From positions 4,245 to 68,244 of the forward strand of contig CAVZPY010000007.1 in the NCBI GenBank assembly GCA_963777265.1: a stretch of 64,000 nucleotides of DNA. Reading direction: 5' to 3'. How positions within the stretch are numbered: the first letter of the stretch is position 1; each line of letters starts with the position of its first letter. The stretch comes from an uncultured Alphaproteobacteria bacterium. Lineage in GTDB: Bacteria > Pseudomonadota > Alphaproteobacteria > Acetobacterales > Acetobacteraceae. Shown piece after piece: positions 9,549-18,103 of the stretch. Position numbers and translations under genes: made by a program. The notes under the pieces were generated by a model, which was not told the DNA's origin, made no database searches, and saw only the letters and a list, made by a program, of their open reading frames with translations.

Positions 9549-10988
9549 ATGCTTGCCCGCTTCCGCAGGCTCTACGCCGGGCCAGTTTCGAGTGCCTGGT
9601 ACGAGGCGCACAAAGGTGCAAGGAATTTTTCGTGGGCGGCGGACCTGTTCGGGCTTTTGCAGGGCATGGTCATGGCCGGTGACGGCCTTGCAATCATCAC
9701 TGCCTCGCTGTTCGCGTTCCGTTGTCAGCACGCAACATGGGCCGAGCCGGTCGAGGCTTCGTCGATGACGCTGCTCACGGCCGGGCTGTCTGTGGTCACG
9801 ATGAAGGCAGCGGGCGCTTACACCCAAGACTTGGCGCCGCACCGGTTTAGGTTCGGACGCGCCGCGAGCATCTGCTGCCTTCTCTTCGCGCCGTTGCTCA
9901 TCCTCGCCTGGATCACCGCCTATCCGCCCGCATATTGGCGCACCTGGGTACTGCTGTGGTGGGCGGGCGCGCTGACCGGGGTCCTGCTCGTCCGGTTGCT
10001 AGCCGGTTGGCAACTCGGGACCTGGGCGAAAAGCGGAAGACTGGCGCGCATCGTTGCCATCGTGGACCTCGGCGGAGGCGGCCGAGCTCTTGCCAGACAG
10101 ATTCTCCGCAGCGGCGGGTCGCAGACATGTCTGCTGGGTGTCTTTTCGGCGGCAAGCAGCGAGAGCAAGGAGATCGGAGAACTTATCCGGCTTACACGGC
10201 TGTTTCGCGTCGACGAGGTGATCGTCGCCTACCAGCGCGAAAAGGAAAACGCGCTGGCGTCGGTAATTAAGGCACTCGAGAGCGTGCCCACCAACGTGCA
10301 TGTCTATGCCGGCAGTCCGCCGGCGGCCCTGCCGCTGCGCGACGCGGGGCTGCTCTTTGCCAACCCCGTCATCACCGTCCGCCGCCGCCCGCTGACAGGA
10401 TGGGGCCGGGTCGCGAAGCGCGCGGAAGACGTGGTCCTGGCCACCCTGCTCCTGCTTACATTTATGCCGTTAATGGCGGCTATTACGATAGCGATCCGGA
10501 TCGATGACGGCGGCCCCGTGCTGTTCCGCCAGCGGCGCCTCGGTTTCAACAACAATGCATTTGAGGTCCTGAAGTTCCGCACCATGGTTCACAGCGCGGC
10601 CATTGATGAACACCAGGTGCCGCAGGCACGTCGCGGAGATCCGCGAGTTACGTGGGTCGGCCGGGTGTTGCGGCGCACGAGCCTCGACGAGCTGCCGCAG
10701 CTGCTGAATGTGCTGCGCGGCGACATGTCGCTGGTGGGACCGCGGCCGCACGCATTGGCGCACAACGAATACTACGCAGGGCAGATCGACGGCTATCTGG
10801 GCCGCCACCGTGTGCAGCCGGGAATAACCGGCTGGGCGCAAGTGAACGGCTTCCGCGGCGAGACGGACACGCTGGAGAAGATGCAGCGTCGCGTGGAGTG
10901 CGACCAAGCCTATGTGGAGAACTGGTCACTTTGGCTGGACTTGAAAATTCTCCTTTTGACCTTCGTGGCAATCAGGAATGCGTATTGA
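9549..10988 (+). CDS. Undecaprenyl-phosphate hexose-1-phosphate transferase (WbaP/ExoY-class priming sugar transferase)
   Basis: N-terminal TM block and central linker. C-terminal bacterial sugar transferase domain (PVLFRQRRLGFNNNAFEVLKFRTM…LDELPQLLNVLRGDMSLVGPRP…GITGWAQV). Confidence 0.9.
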   Translation: MLARFRRLYAGPVSSAWYEAHKGARNFSWAADLFGLLQGMVMAGDGLAIITASLFAFRCQHATWAEPVEASSMTLLTAGLSVVTMKAAGAYTQDLAPHRFRFGRAASICCLLFAPLLILAWITAYPPAYWRTWVLLWWAGALTGVLLVRLLAGWQLGTWAKSGRLARIVAIVDLGGGGRALARQILRSGGSQTCLLGVFSAASSESKEIGELIRLTRLFRVDEVIVAYQREKENALASVIKALESVPTNVHVYAGSPPAALPLRDAGLLFANPVITVRRRPLTGWGRVAKRAEDVVLATLLLLTFMPLMAAITIAIRIDDGGPVLFRQRRLGFNNNAFEVLKFRTMVHSAAIDEHQVPQARRGDPRVTWVGRVLRRTSLDELPQLLNVLRGDMSLVGPRPHALAHNEYYAGQIDGYLGRHRVQPGITGWAQVNGFRGETDTLEKMQRRVECDQAYVENWSLWLDLKILLLTFVAIRNAY

Positions 10989-11089
10989 ACCACGATGGCT
11001 AGTGTCCTGAGTCGAAAGTTCGTTGCATTTGGTCCTGGTGCCGATTCGACGCGTTCTGTCAGGTTCTGACGGTAGCCGGTGGGGATTGG

Positions 11090-11560
11090 TTGGCCATGCC
11101 AGGGCGTCGTGCGGTTGAGTTGGTGCTGACGGAGGCCGAACGGACGGAGTTGCAGGGGTTGGCGGCCCGGCGCTCGACCGCGCAGGCGATAGCGCTGCGT
11201 GCCCGGATCGTGCTGGCCGGTGCCGAGGAAGCGCAAAACCAGGAGGTAGCGGCCCAGTTGGAGATCTGCCCGCACACGGTCGGGAAGTGGCGGCGAGGCT
11301 TCGCCGAGCACCGGGTCGACGGTCTGCGCGACGCGGCGCGTCCTGGTGCGCCTCGTACAGTGGAGAACGCGCATTGAGGCGCTGATCACCACTACCCCGG
11401 AGAGCGTGCCGCCGGATGCAACGCACTGGAGTTCCCGCGGCATGGCGCAGGCGAGCGGCTTGTCGGTGTCCACGGACATTCGGCCTGCAGCCGCACCGGA
11501 TGGAGACGTTCAAGTGCGGGTTGAACGAAACCGCTTCGCGGTAGGTCACGGCTGACGTCG
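11090..11560 (+). mobile_element. IS630-family transposase remnant (N-terminal ~140 aa, frameshifted and 3'-truncated)
   Basis: HTH part LTEAERTELQGLAARRSTAQAIALRARIVLAGAEE…HTVGKWRRGFAEHRVDGL, then PPDATHWSSRGMAQASGLSVST in a second frame and LQPHRMETFK in a third. The DDE domain is absent. Confidence 0.7.
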
Positions 11561-11857
11561 CGGTCTCCTGTCTGAGAGGCTGGGGTTGCCCCATTGGCAG
11601 CTGATCTGCCAGCCGAGCAGCAAGCGCGAGGGCGGCTCCCACTCCAGCACCTTGCCCCAGTGGGCCTCATTGCCGTACGCGTCGCGCTCGAACCATCGGC
11701 CGCCGGCTCGAGACTCGACGATGATGGCGGTGTGCGGGTTCTTGCCGATGGTCCGACCCTTGGGCCACCAATGCTCCATATGGGTCGCGAACAGAACGAA
11801 GGCGCGGGCGGGAGCCGCCTTCACCTGAACTGTGCAAACGATGGGCGCGACGCTCAT
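11546..11857 (-). pseudogene. SRPBCC (AHSA1/START-like) domain protein, 3'-truncated fragment
   Basis: MSVAPIVCTVQVKAAPARAFVLFATHMEHWWPKGRTIGKNPHT…GRWFERDAYGNEAHWGKVLEWEPPSRLLLGWQI, then the similarity is lost at the junction with the IS630 remnant. Confidence 0.6.
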
Positions 11858-11988
11858 TCTGGCGTCTCCTGATCGGCCTGTTGGTCCGTGAAGTCCTTGA
11901 AGGCGTCGAGCGTTGAGGACCAGTAAGCGTCCAGCCAGTCGCGCATGGCGGCGATCCCGCGCGGGTCCAGGCGATAGCACTTCGGCGG
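11854..11988 (-). pseudogene. ArsR/SmtB-family regulator, C-terminal remnant only
   Basis: My own translation of the minus strand gives …YRLDPRGIAAMRDWLDAYWSSTLDAFKDFTDQQADQETPE*. Its TGA overlaps the ATG of the SRPBCC fragment, the usual ArsR-SRPBCC pairing. The wHTH part is missing. Confidence 0.45.
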
Positions 11989-11989
11989 G

Positions 11990-12389
11990 CTTGGCCCGGA
12001 GCAGCACGGTCAGAGCCGGCGCGTCGTAGCCGTTGCGGGTCAGCGTCGGCTCAAGTTCATCGATCGCCCGCGACAGCACCTGTTCGACAACCTCGGTGGG
12101 CACGCGCTTCTCGCCAAGGCGGAAGGCGTGCTCGAAGGCCAAGGTGAGGTGCATCTCGATCTGCAACGCCGTGCGCAGCCGCTCGGCCAGCAGCTCGATC
12201 GCGTCCACATCCATGATGTCCACCGGCTTGACGCCGTCCTGCGCGCAGGTCTTCACCAGCCAGCCGATGAACTCGCGGCGATGGCCGGACACGCCCTCGA
12301 ACTCGAAGGTGGTGGTGCGATAGCCGATCTCTTCCATCTGCGGCCGGCGCAGATCGTTGCGCAGTTTTGGGTGCCCGATCAGCATCACC
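11990..12389 (-). pseudogene. ExeA/TniB-like AAA-ATPase (transposition helper type), C-terminal fragment cut by the IS66 end
   Basis: …LIGHPKLRNDLRRPQMEEIGYRTTTFEFEGVS…FIGWL…AIELLAERL… resembles the post-Walker-B half of ExeA-type ATPases. No P-loop is present. The ORF begins exactly at the IS66 terminus (12390). Confidence 0.4.
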
Positions 12390-13907
12390 GTAAGCGTCTG
12401 GGCTCGGCCGCGGCGTTTGTGTGCTGACGCCTGTTGTCAGGCCGCAAGGCGAGCGGCGCGTCCGACTGCGATCAGGTGGGCACAGTTCCACGGCAGCAAG
12501 TCGTCGACGCGCTTGACGGGATGCTCGGCGATGCATGTGAGTACGTGACACAGGTAAGCCTGGGGGTCGAGCCCGTTCAGTCTCGCGGTGGCGATGAGCG
12601 AGGCGATGGCGGCGGCGGGCGTGCCTGCCGCGTCAGAGCCGGCGAACAGCCAATTCTTTCGGCCAAGCGCGAGCGGCCGGATCGCCCGCTCGACGGGGTT
12701 GTTGTCGATCTCGATGCGCCCGTCGCCGGCGTAGCGCGTCAGCGCCGTCCAGCGGGATAGAGCGTAGCGGATCGCGGCGGCGAGGTCGCTGCGCCGCGAC
12801 GTGCGGCGAAGCGTCTCATCCAACCAGGCGCGCATCTCGTCGAGCAGCGGTCCCGCCCGCTTCTCGCGCACCCGCCGGCGCTCGTCCGGCGGACGGCCGC
12901 GCCCATCGTCCTCGATCGCATAGAGCGCCTGGATGCGGCGCAGCGCCTCCGACGCGATCGGCGATTTGCCCGAGGCATGCAGGTCGAAGAACTTGCGGCG
13001 CACGTGAGCCCAGCAGGCGGCCTCGACCACCCGCCCGCCGTCATCCAGCCCCTCGAACCCGGCGTAGCCGTCGGCGTGCAGCACGCCGGCGAACCCGGCC
13101 AGGTGCTCGCGCGGATGCTCGGCGCGGCGGTCCGGGCTGTAGCGGTAGAACACCGCCGGCGCCGCGGTTCCGGCGTAGGGCCGCTCGTCTCGCAGATAGG
13201 CCCACAGCCGCCCGGTCTTGGTCCGGCCCGTGCCGGGCGCCAGGACCGGCACGGGCGTGTCGTCGGCATGCACGCAATCGCCGGCCAGTACGTGCCGGGC
13301 GAGTGCGTCGATCAGCGGCCGGAGCAGTGTCGCCGTCTGCCCGACCCAGTCGGCCAAGGTCGAGCGCTCCAGCTCGACCCCTTCACGGGCGTAAATCTCG
13401 CTCTGGCGGTAGAGCGGCAGATGGTCGGCGAACTTCGCCACCAGCACGTGGGCGAGCAGGCCGGCGGTCGCGCGGCCACGGCGGATCGGCAGATCCGGGG
13501 CCGGTGCCTGGGTGACGCTCTCGCAGACCCGGCACGAGAACTTGGAGCGCACATGCCGGATCACTCGGAACGACGCAGGCACGTAGTCCAGCACCTCGGT
13601 GACGTCCTCGCCGAGCGGCCGCAGCGCGCCGCCGCACCGAGGGCAGGCGCAGGCCGCCTCGTGGGCGACGGTCGTGCGCGGCAAATGCTCCGGCAACGGG
13701 CGTCGTGCCGGCTTCTGATCGGGCGCATTGGAACGGGCGGACGGCTCCGGGTTGCCCGGCGCGTCTTTGCGTTCGATCCCCGCCTCGAGGTCCTCGAGTG
13801 CGAGCGTCAGCTGTGCGATCTCGGCATCGAGCTTCTCCGACGAGCGGCCGAACTGCATGCGGCGCAGCCGGGCGAGCTGCAGCCGCAGCGTCTCCACCAT
13901 GGCCCGG
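12390..13907 (-). mobile_element. IS66-family element, 3' part only (tnpA, tnpB and the tnpC 5' end are missing)
   Basis: The outer end begins GTAAGCG at 12390, as I recall for IS66-family IRs. The other side abuts the IS21 terminus at 13908. Confidence 0.7.
12437..13900 (-). CDS. tnpC: IS66-family transposase TnpC, N-terminally truncated
   Basis: LQLARLRRMQFGRSSEKL leucine-zipper end, zinc-finger CPRCGG…C.VC, LPLYRQSEIY, and a DDE region. About 40-60 N-terminal residues are absent relative to typical TnpC. Confidence 0.88.
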   Translation of the reverse strand: MVETLRLQLARLRRMQFGRSSEKLDAEIAQLTLALEDLEAGIERKDAPGNPEPSARSNAPDQKPARRPLPEHLPRTTVAHEAACACPRCGGALRPLGEDVTEVLDYVPASFRVIRHVRSKFSCRVCESVTQAPAPDLPIRRGRATAGLLAHVLVAKFADHLPLYRQSEIYAREGVELERSTLADWVGQTATLLRPLIDALARHVLAGDCVHADDTPVPVLAPGTGRTKTGRLWAYLRDERPYAGTAAPAVFYRYSPDRRAEHPREHLAGFAGVLHADGYAGFEGLDDGGRVVEAACWAHVRRKFFDLHASGKSPIASEALRRIQALYAIEDDGRGRPPDERRRVREKRAGPLLDEMRAWLDETLRRTSRRSDLAAAIRYALSRWTALTRYAGDGRIEIDNNPVERAIRPLALGRKNWLFAGSDAAGTPAAAIASLIATARLNGLDPQAYLCHVLTCIAEHPVKRVDDLLPWNCAHLIAVGRAARLAA

Positions 13908-13998
13908 TGCGCGGATTCCGACGATGGCGGACGGCGATTCCGATTGAAGCCGTCCAGTGATTCCGATCCATGGCGGACGGGGATTCCAACCGATCCCG
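13908..13998. repeat. IS21 terminal array (istB-proximal): 3.5 tandem ~23-bp units GATTCCGA-N6-GGCGGAC-like
   Basis: TGCGC|GGATTCCGACGATGGCGGACGGC|GATTCCGATTGAAGCCGTCCAGT|GATTCCGATCCATGGCGGACGGG|GATTCCAACCGATCCCG. Confidence 0.8.
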
Positions 13999-14028
13999 GC
14001 CAGGGTCGTCATCGGCGTGGCTATGAGG

Positions 14029-14790
14029 TCAGGCGACGGCTTCGGCGTCAAGCATGAGCGCCTTGGCCGCCCGCTTTCGGAGGGATTCTCCCTTCAGCAC
14101 CAAGCGGTGTGCATTGTGGACAAGCCGGTCCAGCACGGCGTCCGCGATCGTCGGATCGCCGATCACCTCGTGCCAGTGGTCGACCGGCACCTGGCTGGTG
14201 ACGATGGTTGAGCCGCGGTCATGGCGGTCGTCCATGATCTCGAGCAGGTCGCGGCGTTGCTCGCTGGTGAGCGGCGCCAGACCCCAGTCGTCCAGAATCA
14301 GCAGTTGCATCCGGCCGAGCGCCTTCAAGAGCCGTCCGTAGCGCCCATCGCCGCGAGCCAACGCCAGCGTCTCGAGCAGCCTGGGGACACGGTGATAGAC
14401 GACCGAGCGGTTGTCCCGGCACGCCTTGTGGCCGAGCGCGCAGGCGATCCAGGACTTGCCGACGCCGGTCGGGCCGATGACCAGCAGGTTCTGCTTGCGA
14501 TCGATCCAGTTGCCCGCCGCCAGCTTCTGGAACAGCGTGCGGTCGAGACCACGGACCGCCCGCAGGTCGACGTCCTCCACGACGGCTTCCTGGCGCAGGG
14601 CGGCAAACCGCAGCCGCGCGACCAGCCGCTTGTTCTCGCGCTCCATCGTCTCGCGGTCGAGCAGCAGCGCGAGCCGTTCCTCGAAGCTCAAGGCGGCGAT
14701 GTCGGGCTGTCGCCGCTGATCATCGAGCGCGCGAGCCATGCCGGTCAGGCCGAGGGCGAGCAGGCGTTCTTGCGTGGGGTGGGCGAGCAT
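14029..14790 (-). CDS. istB: IS21-family transposition helper ATPase IstB
   Basis: Intact 253-aa ORF. Walker A GPTGVGKSW and Walker B LLILDDWG. IstB-type N-terminus (LGLTGMARALDDQ). Confidence 0.93.
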   Translation of the reverse strand: MLAHPTQERLLALGLTGMARALDDQRRQPDIAALSFEERLALLLDRETMERENKRLVARLRFAALRQEAVVEDVDLRAVRGLDRTLFQKLAAGNWIDRKQNLLVIGPTGVGKSWIACALGHKACRDNRSVVYHRVPRLLETLALARGDGRYGRLLKALGRMQLLILDDWGLAPLTSEQRRDLLEIMDDRHDRGSTIVTSQVPVDHWHEVIGDPTIADAVLDRLVHNAHRLVLKGESLRKRAAKALMLDAEAVA

Positions 14791-14802
14791 CGGGTTCCTC
14801 CG

Positions 14803-16418
14803 TCAATGGTAGTAGCCGCGGCCGCGGATGTTCGCGTGCAGCAGGGGAGCGGGCTCAGGCGCCGGATCGTCGTGGAACGCCCGGTCCAGGCCGGTGCGCA
14901 GGATCGAGGCGATCGACCCGTAGGTTCGCGCACCGATCATCAGCCCGCGCTGGCAGGCCGCTTCCAGCCTGGGCTCGCCGTAGGTCTTGGCCAGCTGCAG
15001 GATCCCCAGGCATGCTCGGAAGCCCTGCTCGGGGTGCGGCTTGGTGCGCATGATCGTCTCGACCAGGGCCGCCGTGCCTGGCCCGACCTGGGCGGCAAAG
15101 GACAGCAGTCGCGCCGGCGTCCAGCTGGCGTAGCGCCGATGTGCGCTGGGCATGTGCTCGGCTGTCGTCGTGTGCCGCCGCCGCAGCGTCGATCGCGGAT
15201 GGGCCGCAACACGCGTGCCGGCGTGGAACACCTCGATCGTGGTGTCGGTGATGCGCGCCTCGACCACCTCGCGGATCAGCCGCGACGGCACCGAGTAGAA
15301 ATGTCCGTGCACCTCGACGTGGTAGTCCGGGGCCACTCGGCAGCGCCGCCACTCGGCATAGGCGTACGGCTCGGGCGGCAGCGGCAGCAGCGCCGGCCGA
15401 TCGATCGTCTCGAAGAACTCGCGGCGGCTGGCGCCAAGCTTGCGCATCAGGCGGGCATTCAGGTCACCCAGCACCTCGCGGATCGCCTCGTTCAGCTCAC
15501 CCAGCGACAGGAATCGGCGATTGCGCAACCGCGCCAGGATGAACCGCTCGACGATCAGCACCGCGACTTCGACCCCCGCCTTCGCGGGGGCAGGCTCTTG
15601 GCCTTGTCGCGCGGGCGGCGGACCCGGGTCGGCAGCACTGCCGTGCTATAGTGGCCCGCCATCTCCTGGTAGCTGCGGTTGATGCCGGGTTCGTAGCGGC
15701 AAGTCGCCGTCACCCCGGCGCGCAGGTTGTCGCACACCAGCAGCTTCGGCACGCCGCCGAGGAACGCCAGCGCATTGACGTGCGCCCCGATCCAGTCGGC
15801 CAGCCCCTCGCTCCAGCGGGCCTCCGCGTAGGTGTAGTTCGACGCCCCTCCGCTGCCATTCCACGCGCTTCGCGCGCGGAACCTTGGGCAGCTCCGCCCA
15901 GCACGGCGACGAACACGTGCGCCCGCCGCTCCTCTCCGGTCGCCCCGTCGAACACCGGCACCGTGTCGCCGGCGTAGTCGACGAACCGCTTCTCGCCGGC
16001 GACGTGGGTCTGGCACATCGTCGCGCTGACGCCCCGCCGCCAATCGATGTAGAGATCACAGAACCGGCTGTAGCCGCAGCCGTCCGCGTGCTCGGCCCTG
16101 TATTCCTCCCACAGCAGAACCAGCGTCACGCCCCGGCGCCGCAGCTCCGCATGGACGTGGTTCCAGTCGGGCATGACCCGCGTTGGCGCCTTGTAGAAAC
16201 CCGCCGGCGTGAACAGCCCGCCGCTCCAGCTCGGCGTCGTCGATCTCCGCCGGCACCGGCCAGGTAATCCCGATCACCGACGTCCGCCGCAGGTATTCGG
16301 CGACCGTCGTGTGACCTACCCCGACCGACCGTGCGATCGTCCGAACGCTCGCGCCGCACGCGTGCCTCAGCCGCAAAACCTCTCGTACTCTCCGCATCGA
16401 CAATCTCTCGGCTGGCAT
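14803..16418 (-). pseudogene. istA: IS21-family transposase IstA, interrupted by three frameshifts
   Basis: The HTH part (16418-~16200), the next two segments (ORFs 15710..16174 and 15555..16043) and the C-terminal half (14803..15561) lie in four successive frames. Junctions are near 16190, 15870 and 15560. Confidence 0.88.
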
Positions 16419-16500
16419 CGTGTCCCCCTCGGTCGGAGGACCACGCTACCGGTCATGGGATCGCCGACTTCGGCCCCGGATGCCCCTCCTCAGGGCCGTC

Positions 16501-16590
16501 CGGGATCGATCGGAATCACTGTCCGGCTTCCGTCGGAATCAGTGTCCGCCTTGCGTCGGAATGACTGTCCGCCTTGGCTCGGATTCCGCA
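16501..16590. repeat. IS21 terminal array (istA-proximal), inverted copy of 13908-13998
   Basis: Reverse complement reads TGC|GGAATCCGAGCCAAGGCGGACAGT|CATTCCGACGCAAGGCGGACACT|GATTCCGACGGAAGCCGGACAGT|GATTCCGATCGATCCCG. Confidence 0.8.
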
Positions 16591-17309
16591 TGCTCGCGCG
16601 GCTCGCGGCTCTTCAGCAGCAGGATGGCCCAGTCAGGCAGCTCCGGTAGCGCGTCGCCAGGCGGCAGCAGGCCCAAGCCCGTCCGGCAGCCAAGCGACGA
16701 CTGAGGCGTGACCGCGAGCCCAGCCAGCACTGGCGCGTGCGTACCGGCGAGCGTCGCCTAGGTGTAGGCGGCGCGACAGCGCCGGCCGCTCTTGTCCGGT
16801 GCTCGCAGTGCCGCCTGGCGCCAGCAACAATCACCAGCTGCGAGCGGCAGCGGATCGCGGCGGTGCTGCGAATTGCGCTCGGCGGCGATCTACTGCAGCG
16901 GCCCGCGCCACAATTCCAAGGCCTCCGGGCAGTGCGCCGAACCCGGCCCCGCGCTGCACAAAATCAGGTCGAGCTTCGCCGGCGCGCCGGCGCGTTAACA
17001 GATCCGTGCTGGGCATATACAGCACGTTGACCTCGACCGCGGGGTGGCTGCCGGCGACCCGTTTCAAGCCACACGGCAGATAGGCGAGCGCGCGTAGTCA
17101 TCCAGCGTGCCGAGGCGCACCGTGCCGCGCACGGTGGGGCGCACGGAAGACGCTCCAGCTCTCGTCATTCAGCGCCAGCAGGGGCCAAGGATGGCCTCCA
17201 GCTGCTTGTGCATCCCACCCGCTCGGCCGCGCGGGTGAAACTGCCCTCCTCGGCGATGAAGGCGAAGGCGCGCAGCAGGTTGGGGTGTGATGGCGGCGGA
17301 GTTTTGCAT
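16591..17309 (-). pseudogene. LysR-family regulator, heavily decayed and 3'-truncated by the IS21 insertion
   Basis: My own translation gives MQNSAAI..NLLRAFAFIAEEGSFTRAAERVG.., then frame changes and loss of the recognition helix. Effector-domain-like pieces (HPAVEVNVLYMPSTDLL…, LAGLAVTPQSSL…LPELPDWAILLL) are in other frames. Confidence 0.55.
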
Positions 17310-17408
17310 GCCCATCACCGCTGCTGATTCCGACGATAAGCGCAATTCATTTCCTTGATTCAAGATCACGGACCATTTTTCCGCCAGAGCTCAGCACAGG
17401 AGGTTCCG

Positions 17409-17633
17409 ATGACCGCTCAGCAGATCACCGCCCCATTCTCCCGCTTCTGGCAGGGGTTCGGACAGGCCATACAAGTCTCGGCACGGCGGCCTGACCTCAG
17501 CCAGCTCGATGAACGGATGCTTCAGGATTTGGGCATCTCGCGTGCCCGGGCGGCGTTCGAGGCGGAGCGGCGGGACGTCTGGCACGCGGCCCCTATCAGC
17601 GCGCTCGATGATTTCAACCAACCAATGATCTGA
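17409..17633 (+). CDS. DUF1127 domain-containing small protein
   Basis: RBS CAGGAGG, ATG at 17409. …RRPDLSQLDERMLQDLGISRARAAFEAER… matches the DUF1127 signature. It is divergent from the LysR remnant. Confidence 0.75.
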   Translation: MTAQQITAPFSRFWQGFGQAIQVSARRPDLSQLDERMLQDLGISRARAAFEAERRDVWHAAPISALDDFNQPMI

Positions 17634-18103
17634 CAATATTGGCCATCGCGGACGGGCCGCGAAGCGTCCCGGCTCGGTGGCGGCGGGGCGATCCAGGGTG
17701 CAACACGGAGTGGTCGGTCTGGGTCGCCTCGTCGCTGCACTCCTCGCGATGCTGGGTGGACGGCCCCCTGTGTGCCAAGCTGGGGCTTCGACCAACCAGC
17801 AACGGAGACCGTCCGCCATCAACGTTATCACAATCGGCCTGGTGTCGCGGCCGAAGCCTTCGACGGGTTCGACCCGAACGCCTTCCGTTTCAGCGACCCA
17901 CCCGTCCTGGGATGGCCAGCTTCGCTATCAGGGCAGGCATCCCGGCGCGCGTACCGGCGTCTCCGTGCCGCGGAGAGTGCTGTTCTGCCCAAGCTACCGC
18001 CTGATCCCAGGCGGCATCGACCGTCGAGGCTGTGGCAGCGTTCGATCTCTGGTATGACTCCGCCCCTCCAGCCCGGATCGAACCGGGCAGGAAGGAGGCG
18101 ACC

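Larger units (their letters stand above)
13908..16590 (-). mobile_element. IS21-family insertion sequence with both termini present (2683 bp)
   Basis: TGCGCGGATTCCGA… at 13908 and …TCGGATTCCGCA at 16590 (TG/CA ends). ~90-bp inverted terminal arrays are built from ~23-bp units. istA and istB lie between them. No matching target-site duplication flanks the element. Confidence 0.85.

Noticed and set aside
12977-15651. Long plus-strand ORFs 12977..13960 and 14221..15651
   Set aside because: They are shadows of the IS66 tnpC and IS21 istB/istA genes on the opposite strand.
13908-16590. Short tandem ~23-bp repeats at 13908-13998 and 16501-16590 considered as a mini CRISPR array
   Set aside because: There are only 3.5 units, the 'spacers' are 6 nt, and the two arrays are inverted copies bracketing istA/istB. 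These are the multi-repeat IRs of an IS21-family element.
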